A stretch of DNA of 64,000 nt from Dehalococcoidia bacterium (GCA_046497565.1 JAWOFK010000060.1:956-64955), one strand, 5' to 3'; shown: positions 17,718 to 29,226, counted from the stretch's first letter. Program-made: numbers and translations. The notes: a model not told the origin generated them from the sequence alone.

Positions 17718-18698
17718 ATGAGTTATACCCTTCACGTGGAGAGCCTTGATGGTGCTGCTTCCATCTGGTACGAGTTTCGTCACTGCCTAAAGTGGAGCTC
17801 CATTTTCGTTTTACCTGCCTGGCTGAAGGCCTGGTGGGAGGTATTTGGTGGGGGCAGGGAATTGTATTTACGGACGCTGCGGCAGGGGGAGAAAATCATT
17901 GGCTTTGCTCCACTCCTGGTGAACCAGGGAACAGCTTCCTTCGTCGGTAGCGCTGACATCTGCGACTACTTAGACTTTGTGGTTACGCCGGGCAGTGAGA
18001 GGGATTTCTTCCTGGTGCTGCTTGATGATTTAGAAGAGAATGCGATAAGTAAGCTCGATTTGAGGCCTTTACGGCCCGATTCTACTGTGCTCACTCACCT
18101 GGTACCCATCGCGCAGGACCGCGGATATGAGGTTCTGTGCCACCCTGAGGATATTTCGCTGGAACTAGATTTGCCTGCTACCTGGAGTGAATATCTGTCA
18201 ACATTGAAGACCAAGCAGCGACACGAAGTCAGGCGGAAGCTAAGGAGGTTATGGGAGGAGGGCAACACCGAACATCGCTGTCTGGAGGTCGGTCATGATT
18301 TTGAAGATTATCTGGATAGTTTCTTGAAGCTCTTTTCACTGAGCCGTGACGACAAAGCCGGCTTCATGACTCCCAAGATGGAATCCTTCTTCAGGTCACT
18401 GGCTAAGGCTATGGCTGACACCGGGTTGTTGAGAATGGGCGTCCTGCAGGTGGATAAGGTGCTGGCGGCCATGACTATGGGCTTTGACTACAACGGCTCA
18501 CACTATCTCTATAATAGTGCCTATGACCCGCGATTCAACTACCTGAGCGTGGGACTGCTCTGCAAAGTGCTTTGCCTGAGGGAGAGCATCGAGAGGGGCA
18601 TGAAGAAATGGGACTTTTTGAAAGGTGGAGAACCGTACAAATACCAGCTCGGTGGCCGGGAAATACCCCTGTACAGCTGCCGGATAACTGTCGCCTGA
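17718..18698 (+). CDS. CelD/BioF2-like GNAT-fold (Fem-fold) acyl/aminoacyl transferase family protein
   Basis: The ORF is open from 17685, and the ATG at 17718 gives MSYTLHVE. The C-terminal WDFLKGGEPYKYQLGG is the family signature. It lies 25 nt upstream of the GT4 gene on the same strand. Confidence 0.65.
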   Translation: MSYTLHVESLDGAASIWYEFRHCLKWSSIFVLPAWLKAWWEVFGGGRELYLRTLRQGEKIIGFAPLLVNQGTASFVGSADICDYLDFVVTPGSERDFFLVLLDDLEENAISKLDLRPLRPDSTVLTHLVPIAQDRGYEVLCHPEDISLELDLPATWSEYLSTLKTKQRHEVRRKLRRLWEEGNTEHRCLEVGHDFEDYLDSFLKLFSLSRDDKAGFMTPKMESFFRSLAKAMADTGLLRMGVLQVDKVLAAMTMGFDYNGSHYLYNSAYDPRFNYLSVGLLCKVLCLRESIERGMKKWDFLKGGEPYKYQLGGREIPLYSCRITVA

Positions 18699-18723
18699 CG
18701 ACAATCAACGGAAGCACGACCTG

Positions 18724-19974
18724 ATGGCATTGAGTCGACTGAGAGTAGCCATGATCAGCGCCCACAGCTGCCCGGTAGGGAAGCTGGGGACGAAAGACAC
18801 CGGCGGTATGAGCGTGTACATCCGGGAGCTTGCTCGCGGATTGGCCGCACATGGACATTTGGTGGATGTCTATACTCGTGTTCATGACCCCGAAGACCGC
18901 CAAATCTATGCACTCAGTCCGAATGCACGGCTCATACACCTCAGGGCAGGAGAAGACGAGGAGATACACAAGCTGGCGGTCTATTCTCATCTTCCTGATT
19001 TTGCCTGCAACCTGGAGAGCTTCAGGAAGCATAACAACCTTCAGTATGATTTGATATTCAGCCATTACTGGCTTTCGGCGCTGGCAGGAACATATTTGCA
19101 GCAATGGTGGCATGTTCCTCATATGACCATGTTCCATACATTGGGCGCGGTTAAGAATGCAGCCAAGGAACAGGCCCATCTGGCACCGGGCGAGGATGAG
19201 CCCGCACTTCGTATTGAGACAGAAAGAGGCCTAGCTCAACAGTGCCACCACATCATCGCTTCAACAAACAGGGAAAAGGAAGAGCTTATTCGGTACTATA
19301 GCGCATCGTCGGGAAAAATCACCGTCGTGCCCTGTGGAGTGAACCTGGAGCAGTTTCAGGCGTTGGATAAAACACAGGCCAGGCAGTATCTGGGCTTCGG
19401 ACACGATAAGATTATTCTGTTCGTGGGTAGAATTGACCCCTTAAAGGGTATCGATAAGCTGATAAAGGCCTTGCCCTATCTGCGGAACATTGCCGGATTA
19501 AGGCTGGTGATAATAGGCGGTGGTGAAGACAGCCAGCGCGAAATAGAACAACTAAAGAAACTGGCCCATGACCTCAAAACACAGGATGCAGTTACTTTTG
19601 CGGGTTTGGTGAAGCACCATCGACTCCCCTATTTCTACAGCGCGGCCGATGTTTGTGTGGTCCCTTCTTACTACGAAAGTTTCGGGCTGGTAGCCCTAGA
19701 ATCACTGGCTTGCGGTACACCTGTAGTGGCCACCGATGTAGGTAACCACAAGAGCGTCATTCGACAGGGAGAGACAGGATACCTGGTAGCAGACAATGCT
19801 CCTCAGCTTCTTGCCGAAAAAATAGCCCTGCTTCTTTCCCGGCCCACAGCAGATACGAAATCTGCCCTGCTAATTCGGGCATCGGTGAGCAAATTCAGCT
19901 GGTCAAATATCGCTGAAGCCATTACCAAGACCTGTCATATGGCATTGGCTAACTACCTTGCCACCGCGTGCTAA
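18724..19974 (+). CDS. GT4 glycosyltransferase with MshA-like signature
   Basis: 416 aa. RVAMISAHSCPVGKLGTKDTGGMSVYIRELA, YDLIFSHYWLS, HTLGAVKN and the E-x7-E region ESFGLVALESLACGTPVV are collinear with actinobacterial MshA as I recall it. Confidence 0.8.
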   Translation: MALSRLRVAMISAHSCPVGKLGTKDTGGMSVYIRELARGLAAHGHLVDVYTRVHDPEDRQIYALSPNARLIHLRAGEDEEIHKLAVYSHLPDFACNLESFRKHNNLQYDLIFSHYWLSALAGTYLQQWWHVPHMTMFHTLGAVKNAAKEQAHLAPGEDEPALRIETERGLAQQCHHIIASTNREKEELIRYYSASSGKITVVPCGVNLEQFQALDKTQARQYLGFGHDKIILFVGRIDPLKGIDKLIKALPYLRNIAGLRLVIIGGGEDSQREIEQLKKLAHDLKTQDAVTFAGLVKHHRLPYFYSAADVCVVPSYYESFGLVALESLACGTPVVATDVGNHKSVIRQGETGYLVADNAPQLLAEKIALLLSRPTADTKSALLIRASVSKFSWSNIAEAITKTCHMALANYLATAC

Positions 19975-20951
19975 TCGATCACCCTTTCATACCAAACAGT
20001 GTTGGTCTGAACCTCAAAACCAAGGGTCCGGTAAAGAGCACAGGCCGCTTTGTTCTCGCTATCTACGGTTACCTGAGCAATTTGTAAGCTCCTGCTCTTG
20101 AGACGGGCCAACCCGGCCAGCATTAGTTTCTTACCTATTCCCTTACCTCTGTGATCCGGGGCCACTCCGAGCATAAGGATCCGTCCCTTTCTTGCACTGG
20201 GAACTCCCCCCTCACAACTAATCTCTGTCCAGCAATAGCCAATTGCCTTATCTTTCTCGTAGACTAGCAGTATATCATCCGGAGAACGGGTACTTAAGTG
20301 AGTACGAAATGCTATTTCTTCTACACTATTGGGGCTGTATCCCCAGGTGCCGGCAAAGGCACGATTCTGAAGCTGGGTCAGCTTGTCTTCTTCACCTTCT
20401 TGAAGATGGCGACAGCCTGCAATCTCCTGGTCTGTTGTAACGCCGACCTGTGAAGGAAAGGATTTCCCAACAGTCCCGTCAACATCAGCAATGTCTAACC
20501 TCAATTCAAGAAACCGCCGGACAGGGCCAAAGCCCAGCCTGGATAGCACCTCTTTCGCAACCACGTTATCCTCCGGTATGTTTACGTGAGCCACTCTGGC
20601 TCCTGATTCTCTGGCACGGTCTCTAGCATAACCGAGGAGTCTTGTCGCCAGCCCCCTTCTACGATGCTCAGGCCGCACCCAGCAGTCGAGAATAACCCGC
20701 CCGATGGCAAGCTCTGGCTTGACGTCCATGTATCCGACGATATCCTCACTCCATAAGACAAACAGGTCTTGCTCAGGATAGTAGTTTGGTCGCCCTAATT
20801 GCTCGGCAACGAACTGCGCTGAAACGCAGCGCCCGCTCGGCTCCACTTTTTCGGCTTCAGCATACAACAGGACGTACTTATGGAAATCTGCGGGCCGGTA
20901 GTTTCTGATAGTGTAGAGGGAATTGCTCATCGCCCTTGCTGGCATGCGCAA
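19971..20951 (-). CDS. Tandem double-GNAT acetyltransferase (MshD-like architecture)
   Basis: 326 aa with two GNAT cores (RRRGLATRLL and HRGKGIGKKLM). NRAFAGTWGY at the start of domain 2 resembles mycothiol synthase. The start could be the ATG at 20930. Confidence 0.7.
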   Translation of the reverse strand: MRMPARAMSNSLYTIRNYRPADFHKYVLLYAEAEKVEPSGRCVSAQFVAEQLGRPNYYPEQDLFVLWSEDIVGYMDVKPELAIGRVILDCWVRPEHRRRGLATRLLGYARDRARESGARVAHVNIPEDNVVAKEVLSRLGFGPVRRFLELRLDIADVDGTVGKSFPSQVGVTTDQEIAGCRHLQEGEEDKLTQLQNRAFAGTWGYSPNSVEEIAFRTHLSTRSPDDILLVYEKDKAIGYCWTEISCEGGVPSARKGRILMLGVAPDHRGKGIGKKLMLAGLARLKSRSLQIAQVTVDSENKAACALYRTLGFEVQTNTVWYERVID

Positions 20952-21021
20952 TCCGAATTGTATCAGCCTCAGGAATCTTATACAATTTCTGCCGTGTATC
21001 GCGATTCCCGAGGATTCAAGT

Positions 21022-21720
21022 ATGATGACTAAATCAGCTCACGTGATGGTGGTTACGCCGCATCCAGACGATGCCGAGTTTGGCGTTGCCGGGACGGTCG
21101 CTCGTTGGACGCGTGAAGGCAGGGATGTCATCTACGTGGTATGCACCAATGGCGATAAGGGCACCGGTGACCCCAATATGAAGCAGGCTGACCTGGTCAG
21201 AATCAGAGAGCAAGAACAGCTGGCTGCAGCCAGACTACTGGGGGTGAGGGAGGTCATATTCCTGCGCCATCCAGACCAGGCCCTGGAAGACACATCTGAG
21301 TTCAGGAAGGAGATTGTGCGCCTGATAAGGACATACAGACCGGAGACAGTGGTAACTGCTGACCTGTACAGGCGTCGTATTTGGCATCGCGACCACCGAA
21401 TCGCCAGCCAGGTTACGCTTGATGCTGTCTTCCCCTACGCCAGGGATTTTCTGTCATATCCTGATTTACTGGAGGAAGGGCTTTCGCCTCACAAAGTCAG
21501 AGAGGTGTTACTCTGGGGTGCCGAGCAGCCAAATTACCACACTGATATTACCGATACATTCGACACCAAAATTGCCGCTCTGCGTTGCCACAAGAGCCAG
21601 ATCGACGCCATACCGTTCGCGGGATGGGAACAGCGCCTCAGAGAGCGACACATAACGCTTGCCCAGGCACAAGATTACGAACTGGCTGAAGCTTTCTACC
21701 GGGTGGAGATAGAGTGGTAA
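21022..21720 (+). CDS. PIG-L/LmbE family N-acetylglucosaminyl deacetylase (MshB/BshB-like)
   Basis: The ORF is open from 20923, and the ATG at 21022 gives MMTKSAHVMVVTPHPDDAEFG. A downstream HRDH metal motif is present. Confidence 0.85.
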   Translation: MMTKSAHVMVVTPHPDDAEFGVAGTVARWTREGRDVIYVVCTNGDKGTGDPNMKQADLVRIREQEQLAAARLLGVREVIFLRHPDQALEDTSEFRKEIVRLIRTYRPETVVTADLYRRRIWHRDHRIASQVTLDAVFPYARDFLSYPDLLEEGLSPHKVREVLLWGAEQPNYHTDITDTFDTKIAALRCHKSQIDAIPFAGWEQRLRERHITLAQAQDYELAEAFYRVEIEW

Positions 21721-21806
21721 TCAAGCTCTTGGTCTTTACAGGGTGGATCCTTCAGCCTCATCCTGCGGCTCCTCAGGCCCACAGCGGCACCGGTTGTTCT
21801 CCCCAG

Positions 21807-22448
21807 CTACCTTGAAAGCCAGAGTACATCGCCGCACAGGTTGGGATCATGAGGTCGAGAGGCAAAGATGGCAAATTCGTCTTTTTCCTTCTTTAGCACG
21901 GTAGAATCCCCATGACCGGGGTACACCAGCGTATCGTCCGGTAATACAAAGACCTTCCCAGTTATAGACTTCATTATCTGTTCAAAATCAGCCGGACAGC
22001 TTGTCTTACCCGGCCCCCCGGGGAAAATGGTATCCCCCGATATCAGATAGCGACCGGCCCTGAAGCACACACTACCAGGGGTGTGCCCCGGTGTATGAAG
22101 CACTGCAAGTTGAGTGCTTCCCAATGAGACTATATCGCCGTCGTTCAGCAACATCTCCGGTGGCGGTACAAGGTTCCCTGTGTCTGAAGCATGGGCGGCC
22201 AGGGGAACGTTCAGTTCACCCCGCAGTTGGGCAAGGGCGCCGATGTGGTCCATGTGATTGTGAGTCAACAATATGTATTTGGGCCTGGTATTCTTCAATC
22301 TATCTATGATTACATTTGCCCTCGCCGGAGCATCTATTAGCACACTATCTCGTGTTTTTCGACAGGTTACGATGTAGGCATTAGTCCCGAAGGGGCCAAG
22401 CTCAAGCCTCTCAATCTGGACGACATTGTCTTCAGCTACGATTGCCAT
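21807..22448 (-). CDS. Metallo-beta-lactamase fold hydrolase (glyoxalase II / thiolesterase-like)
   Basis: 213 aa with the THNHMDHIG (HxHxDH) motif, a later HTPGHTPG, and a size typical of GloB-like enzymes. Confidence 0.8.
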   Translation of the reverse strand: MAIVAEDNVVQIERLELGPFGTNAYIVTCRKTRDSVLIDAPARANVIIDRLKNTRPKYILLTHNHMDHIGALAQLRGELNVPLAAHASDTGNLVPPPEMLLNDGDIVSLGSTQLAVLHTPGHTPGSVCFRAGRYLISGDTIFPGGPGKTSCPADFEQIMKSITGKVFVLPDDTLVYPGHGDSTVLKKEKDEFAIFASRPHDPNLCGDVLWLSR

Positions 22449-22534
22449 CTCTCACCTTTCCCTGATTTCCCCGTACCTCTTCAATTGTATCATGGGAAAA
22501 AAAGGATTGAACGTCAGCAGGCGGCAACGTCCTA

Positions 22535-22563
22535 TTGACGCAGAGGAGAAGGCAAAGTAGAAT
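22535..22563 (+). promoter_or_regulatory. Sigma-70-like promoter of the M16 peptidase gene; predicted near-leaderless transcript
   Basis: TTGACG, a 17-nt spacer, then TAGAAT. Only 9 nt separate the -10 box from the ATG at 22573, and no Shine-Dalgarno sequence is present. Confidence 0.45.
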
Positions 22564-22572
22564 TCTAAATCA

Positions 22573-23835
22573 ATGTACACCAAGGCTGTGCTCGATAACG
22601 GCTTAAGAGTTATCACCAGTACTATGCCTCACAGCCGCTCGGTAAGCCTTGTCATCCTCGTAGGCGCCGGCTCCTGCTACGAAAGTAAAGAGGAAGCGGG
22701 CATCTCGCACTTCGCCGAGCATTTGTTCTTCAAAGGCACACACCGGCGTCCGACCTCCCAGGAGATAAGCCAGGATATCGAAGGCATCGGTGGCATAATC
22801 AATGGCGGCACAGACAAAGAGCTAACCATCTTCTGGTGCAAGGTCGCGAGCCCTCATTTCTCCATTGCTCTGGACGTGCTATCCGACCTGCTGTTAAATT
22901 CCCGCTTTGATGACAAAGAGATAGAGCGAGAGCGCGGGGTTATCAGCGAGGAAATCAAGATGAACCTAGACCTTCCCCAGCAGCGGGTCAATGCCATCAT
23001 AGATGAGCTGTTATGGCCGGAGCAGCCTCTGGGACGCGAAGTCATCGGATACGGGGAAACCGTGTCTTCCATAACCAGAAAGCAACTGTTAGACCACGTC
23101 GCCCGCAGATATATGCCCAACAACACCGTGCTCAGCATTGCCGGCGGCATACAACATGAACAGGCAATGGTTCAAATTCAACCCTTGTTCGACCAATGGG
23201 CCGCCGGGGAGCTACCCGCCGGCTATGTAACCAACGACAAACAAGCGGAAGCCAGGCTGCGTATTGAGCCCAGAGACATCGAGCAAGCCCATCTTTGCCT
23301 CGCCGTTCACGGCGTTTCCCACACCCACCCGCAGCGCTTTGCCCTTGATTTGCTTAGCACAGCGCTTGGCGGTGGCATGAGCAGTCGCCTGTTCATGGAG
23401 ATACGAGAACGCAGGGGACTGGCCTATGACATACACAGTTATACCGAGCACTTTCTTGAGGGCGGGGCATTTTCCATTTATGCCGGCGTCGATCCCAAAA
23501 AGACGGAAATTGCCGTGGCAGCCATCCTGGAAGAGCTGCTCCAGCTTAAACAGGGAATTACCACGGCTGAGCTCACCCGGGCCAGGGAATTGTCAAAGGG
23601 AAGATTACACTTGCGGCTTGAGGACAGCCGCAATGTAGCGCTATGGTATGGTGGCCAAGAAATCTTGACTCAGCAAATCCTGAACATAGACGAGGTCATT
23701 TCCATTGTGGATGCCATTACCCTGGACAGACTGAGAGAGGTGGCCGACCAGGTTATAACCGAAAGCGGGCTTAATTTAGCTGTAACAGGACCTGTCAACG
23801 AAGGAAAGCCTCTCCGGCAAATGCTTAAGGCCTGA
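22573..23835 (+). CDS. M16 family (pitrilysin-like) zinc peptidase
   Basis: 420 aa with the inverted zinc motif HFAEHLFFKG (HxxEH) and a downstream E in EREVISEE-like context (ERGVISEE). Confidence 0.85.
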   Translation: MYTKAVLDNGLRVITSTMPHSRSVSLVILVGAGSCYESKEEAGISHFAEHLFFKGTHRRPTSQEISQDIEGIGGIINGGTDKELTIFWCKVASPHFSIALDVLSDLLLNSRFDDKEIERERGVISEEIKMNLDLPQQRVNAIIDELLWPEQPLGREVIGYGETVSSITRKQLLDHVARRYMPNNTVLSIAGGIQHEQAMVQIQPLFDQWAAGELPAGYVTNDKQAEARLRIEPRDIEQAHLCLAVHGVSHTHPQRFALDLLSTALGGGMSSRLFMEIRERRGLAYDIHSYTEHFLEGGAFSIYAGVDPKKTEIAVAAILEELLQLKQGITTAELTRARELSKGRLHLRLEDSRNVALWYGGQEILTQQILNIDEVISIVDAITLDRLREVADQVITESGLNLAVTGPVNEGKPLRQMLKA

Positions 23836-23844
23836 TGCCGTAAA

Positions 23845-23873
23845 GGAAGAACCGCCCACGGGGCGGTTCTTCC
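23845..23873. terminator. Bidirectional hairpin terminator between the convergent peptidase and groEL genes
   Basis: GGAAGAACCGCC and GGCGGTTCTTCC form a perfect 12-bp stem around a 5-nt loop. It starts 10 nt after the peptidase stop. Confidence 0.6.
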
Positions 23874-23911
23874 AGTTCCTGATGAATTTAGCTGGATTCC
23901 AGCCACAGAGG

Positions 23912-25845
<1,934 letters not shown>

Positions 25846-25869
25846 GCTCCCTCCTTTCTTGAATGTATT

Positions 25870-25896
25870 TTAGCACTCTATCGCCAAGATTGCTAA
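25870..25896 (-). promoter_or_regulatory. CIRCE operator (HrcA binding site)
   Basis: TTAGCACTC-N9-GATTGCTAA differs from the consensus TTAGCACTC-N9-GAGTGCTAA by one base. It lies between the predicted -10 box and the groES start. Confidence 0.75.
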
Positions 25897-25901
25897 CTTT
25901 T

Positions 25902-25929
25902 ATTATAGCAAGAAAAATTCAAAATGCAA
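25902..25929 (-). promoter_or_regulatory. groESL promoter
   Basis: The minus strand reads TTGCAT, a 16-nt spacer, then TATAAT. CIRCE begins 5 nt downstream of the -10 box. Confidence 0.55.
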
Positions 25930-25987
25930 CAGGTTTTTACCGAAACCAGGCAATTTTTCTTGAATTCTTACACTACAACGTGTATAC

Positions 25988-26239
25988 TTGTGTGTGATGG
26001 AGCAACAGAAAAGAAGAAAGAAACAGTGGACCAAAGAGGAGATAAAGTCGCTGAGGCAACATCTGAACCTGACCCAGGTGAAGCTGGCCGAGGAACTGGG
26101 CACGCGACAGCAAACGATCAGTGAATGGGAACAGGGCATGTACCGGCCGCGCGGCGCATCGGCTACCCTGCTCACCATAATTGCCGAGCGCAGCGGCTTT
26201 GAGTACAGCGCACGAGAGGGGCGCGATGAATCGGATTAA
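25988..26239 (+). CDS. XRE-family helix-turn-helix transcriptional regulator
   Basis: 83 aa with the HTH LNLTQVKLAEELGTRQQTISEWEQG. The start may be the ATG at 25997. Confidence 0.7.
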   Translation: MCVMEQQKRRKKQWTKEEIKSLRQHLNLTQVKLAEELGTRQQTISEWEQGMYRPRGASATLLTIIAERSGFEYSAREGRDESD

Positions 26240-26310
26240 GGCCGCCGTGGCACTGCTCAACCATGGCCTGTTAAGCCATAGACGCACAGCGGCAACTATT
26301 TTTTTGTACC

Positions 26311-27657
26311 ATGATTACACGTAATCGGATAGGACTCCCGGAAAAGCAGGTAGCTCTGATATGGCAGCAGGTAATAGGAAAGGTGCTGACCGCTACGGAA
26401 GGCGAGCAAATCAGGGTCATCTATCCCGGGAGGGCCAACGGCGATAGCGGCCCGGACTTTCGGGACGCAGTTATTGTCAATGAATCCCACCTTATGCAAG
26501 GGGATGTCGAGGTCCACGCCAGGTCCGGCGATTGGTACCGGCACGGGCATCATCATGATGCTGAATACAACAGCATCATCCTTCATGTTGCGATGTGGCC
26601 CGATTGTCGCTCCACTACCTTGCTGCAAAGCGGCAAACCTGTTCCCCTGCTATGTCTGGCGCAGGCACTGCGACACCAGGGTTATTTGCTGCCATACCGG
26701 CTCCACTGCTTCCAGGTACTGAACCGTATGGACGGGCAGACTCTGGCCGGGCTCTTGGATGCCGCCGGCGAAGAAAGGTTCAAACAGAAAGCGATGCATT
26801 TCCAGACCGAGATTCTTCGTCCCGATTCCATCGGGCCTCAGAAGAAGGCGGCAGGACAGGTGCTTTTCCGGGCCATGATGAGGGCTCTGGGTTACGCCAA
26901 GAACACCAAGCCCTTTGAGGAACTCGCCCGCAGAGTACCCCTCAATTCCATCCAGGCCAGAGAGGGCCTGATGCGGAAGCAGGCCCTGTTGCTGGGAACA
27001 GCCGGGCTACTGCCTTCTCAAAGATGCCGGGAGAACCCTGGGGCGGAGCCAGAAGTCCGGGAACTGGAGCGAATATGGCGATGGGAGGGCAAGAGAATCA
27101 AACCCATGAGCGCAACTGATTGGAGCCTGTCACACATATATCCCAACAACTCTCCTGTGCGACGCATCGTCGCCCAGAGCTATCTTCTCGAGCGCTACTG
27201 CGAAGAGGACCTATTAACAGGGATATGGCAGCTCGTGAAGGAAGCGCCTTTGCCCGGGGGACACCGCACACTGGAGAACGGTCTGTCTGTGGCCGGCGAT
27301 GGCTACTGGCGGGACCATTTCGATTTCGATGTCGGGAGCACAACAAAGACACCCCGTATCAAATACGGGGCCCTTCTGGGAAGCAGCAAAGCAGGTGAAA
27401 TTGTCGTGAACGTAATATTGCCTTTTGCCTTCGCCAGGGGAGAACAGGCCGGCGAGCTGGAACTAATGAAGAAGGCCATGGAACTCTATCTTAGTTATCC
27501 CAAGCTGGCAGAGAATGCCATAACACGCCACATGACAAACCAGCTTTGCCCCGGAGACCTTTCCGGATTCACTGCCTGTCATCAGCAGGGGCTGATTCAC
27601 ATCTTTCGGAACTACTGCCGGCAGGGCAGATGCTCACAGTGTCCCCTGGCCGGTTGA
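26311..27657 (+). CDS. DUF2851 family protein
   Basis: 448 aa. The N-terminal pattern (IWQQ..IRVIYPGRANGDSGPDFRDAVI..GDVEVHARSGDWYRHGHHHDAEYNSIILHV) matches DUF2851 as I recall it. It ends in a C-terminal Cys pair. Confidence 0.65.
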   Translation: MITRNRIGLPEKQVALIWQQVIGKVLTATEGEQIRVIYPGRANGDSGPDFRDAVIVNESHLMQGDVEVHARSGDWYRHGHHHDAEYNSIILHVAMWPDCRSTTLLQSGKPVPLLCLAQALRHQGYLLPYRLHCFQVLNRMDGQTLAGLLDAAGEERFKQKAMHFQTEILRPDSIGPQKKAAGQVLFRAMMRALGYAKNTKPFEELARRVPLNSIQAREGLMRKQALLLGTAGLLPSQRCRENPGAEPEVRELERIWRWEGKRIKPMSATDWSLSHIYPNNSPVRRIVAQSYLLERYCEEDLLTGIWQLVKEAPLPGGHRTLENGLSVAGDGYWRDHFDFDVGSTTKTPRIKYGALLGSSKAGEIVVNVILPFAFARGEQAGELELMKKAMELYLSYPKLAENAITRHMTNQLCPGDLSGFTACHQQGLIHIFRNYCRQGRCSQCPLAG

Positions 27658-27767
27658 CATTCCCGCGACAACCTCCATACAAGTGAAAACCGGCTCCCTT
27701 CTCAATTCCGGTAACTCCCATGCCGGCCTATTATCGCTGTACATACCATGAGCGTTAGCCGGGCATC

Positions 27768-28091
27768 TCAGCCTCCGCAGGCACATCCGAAGTTAGCTGT
27801 TATGGAGTAGTCTCCGTTCATGATGATGGTTGTTACGAAGGCATTGACAGTGTTGACCGTCTCCACATCGCCGGTCCATTCGACAAACTGGTAGCCGAGA
27901 GGCGCCCTGGCCACCAGTCTCACCACCTTTCCCTCGTTGTAGGTAAAAGTCCCCTCTCCAGGTCTGGTTACGCAGCCTCCAGAGGTACTGGAGATAGTTA
28001 GCTCGTATTGTTGGACAGGCTTGCACGCCCCCGTCCCCGCCATCAAGGCTACCATAATCAGAAGAACAACAGCTCTCCTCATGCAGGTCAA
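27768..28091 (-). CDS. Small secreted/lipoprotein with a single InlB-B-repeat-like domain
   Basis: 107 aa. It has a signal peptide with the lipobox-like AGTGAC, the YQFVEWTGD motif typical of bacterial repeat domains, and an unusual C-terminal GCACGG. Confidence 0.5.
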   Translation of the reverse strand: MTCMRRAVVLLIMVALMAGTGACKPVQQYELTISSTSGGCVTRPGEGTFTYNEGKVVRLVARAPLGYQFVEWTGDVETVNTVNAFVTTIIMNGDYSITANFGCACGG

Positions 28092-28216
28092 CCTCCAGGC
28101 GCTATTCTATCATGAATACGGGAGTCGTCAAGAATCTGCTGGCCAGAATAAGCGATCCCTGTCTGCTGGTGTTCAACGACCTTGTTCTCAAAACGCCGGA
28201 GCCCTGCAGGTGGGAG

Positions 28217-28501
28217 TCAGCTCTCCCATTCGCTTCTTCTGACGCAGACAAATACCAGCGGCAGGATTGCCCAGACCATCAGGAGGCTGGAAGCCAGGCA
28301 GAAGCCCCACAGTTTCCGCTTGAGAGCCAGAATTCCCCCGGCGAGCACAAGTACACCGGGAATAGCAAGAAAGAAAAGCAGGAACGGCTCTATAACGAGT
28401 CTCCACCAGTAGTAGGTGAAATATTCCGTGAGGTAGCATCCTGCCAGGGTCAGGATACCAACCCCGCCAAGCACCATCAAGATACCTGCCGCTATTCTCA
28501 T
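28217..28501 (-). CDS. Small integral membrane protein (3 predicted TM helices)
   Basis: 94 aa and strongly hydrophobic. I recognise no family. Confidence 0.4.
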   Translation of the reverse strand: MRIAAGILMVLGGVGILTLAGCYLTEYFTYYWWRLVIEPFLLFFLAIPGVLVLAGGILALKRKLWGFCLASSLLMVWAILPLVFVCVRRSEWES

Positions 28502-28853
28502 CCTGTCACCCCCTTGAGCTCCGGGCCATCTCTCCCGGCTTTGCTTTCAGCGGTCCTTAATGATATCCATAGTAGACCAGATAGCCGGTATAGTCAATAG
28601 CCCTCCTACGAGCACCTCTAATTGCAAGGAGATCAGGATTGTTCGCCGTAGCCTACGCGCAGCTAAGTGGTATTCTCGGGATATAATGCCTGATTTGTAG
28701 TGGGCCTGATTGGCATGGTGTCCCTGTAGTTCCCATATACTACATGGGGACGAATCCAGTTAAGAAAGTAAAAAAGGGGCGTCAGAATTCAACGCTTACT
28801 TCACGACTGCTGAACCAACAAAACGTCAGATTATTACCTTGTTCCAGCATTTC

Positions 28854-28882
28854 TTGAATAGGGGCGGTGCTTATGGTATACT
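28854..28882 (+). promoter_or_regulatory. Promoter of zinc-ribbon paralog 1
   Basis: TTGAAT, a 17-nt spacer, then TATACT. The predicted transcription start near 28889 coincides with the start of leader conservation. Confidence 0.4.
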
Positions 28883-28888
28883 TAAACC

Positions 28889-28998
28889 AAGTTTCAGTTT
28901 AGGTTATAACAATCTTCCCGGGAGGTACTTACGCACAGTCTTCTCAAGTTTGGATGACCCGAGCTCTGACTAAAGTTTGAAATAGAGGAGGTCATCCA
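28889..28998 (+). promoter_or_regulatory. Conserved ~110-nt 5' leader, copy 1
   Basis: It aligns with 29379-29481 through shared blocks TTCAGTTnAGGTTAT, TCAAGT, CTCTGAC and TGAAAnAGAGGAGGTnATCCAATG. A pairable 8-nt 5'/3' helix joins 28898-28905 and 28974-28981. Confidence 0.35.
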
Positions 28999-29226
28999 AT
29001 GAGTTTTCAGGACAAGTCGATCCAGTGTTCCGATTGTGGAACTACCTTCACCTTTACTGCCGGGGAAAGAAGATTCTTTGCGTCCAAAGGTCTGACCAAC
29101 GACCCTGGGCGTTGTCCTCAGTGCCGAAAAGCCAAAAAGCAACAGCGTCGTGGCTCGTCTGGTAGCTGGGCTAGCTACGCCAGTAGAGCAATGATGAGTA
29201 GAGAATACCAGCAAACACGTAGATAG
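28999..29226 (+). CDS. Zinc-ribbon domain protein (CxxC-x17-CxxC)
   Basis: 75 aa starting MSFQDKSIQCSDCGTTFTFTAGERRFFASKGLTNDPGRCPQCRKAKK, with a strong GAGGAGG Shine-Dalgarno sequence. Confidence 0.75.
   Translation: MSFQDKSIQCSDCGTTFTFTAGERRFFASKGLTNDPGRCPQCRKAKKQQRRGSSGSWASYASRAMMSREYQQTRR

Noticed and set aside
28112-28600. A 162-aa plus-strand ORF, and similar ORFs at 28182-28439.
   Set aside because: It is antisense to the hydrophobic 94-aa membrane-protein ORF. It has low-complexity, proline/serine-rich composition, no Shine-Dalgarno sequence and no family resemblance.
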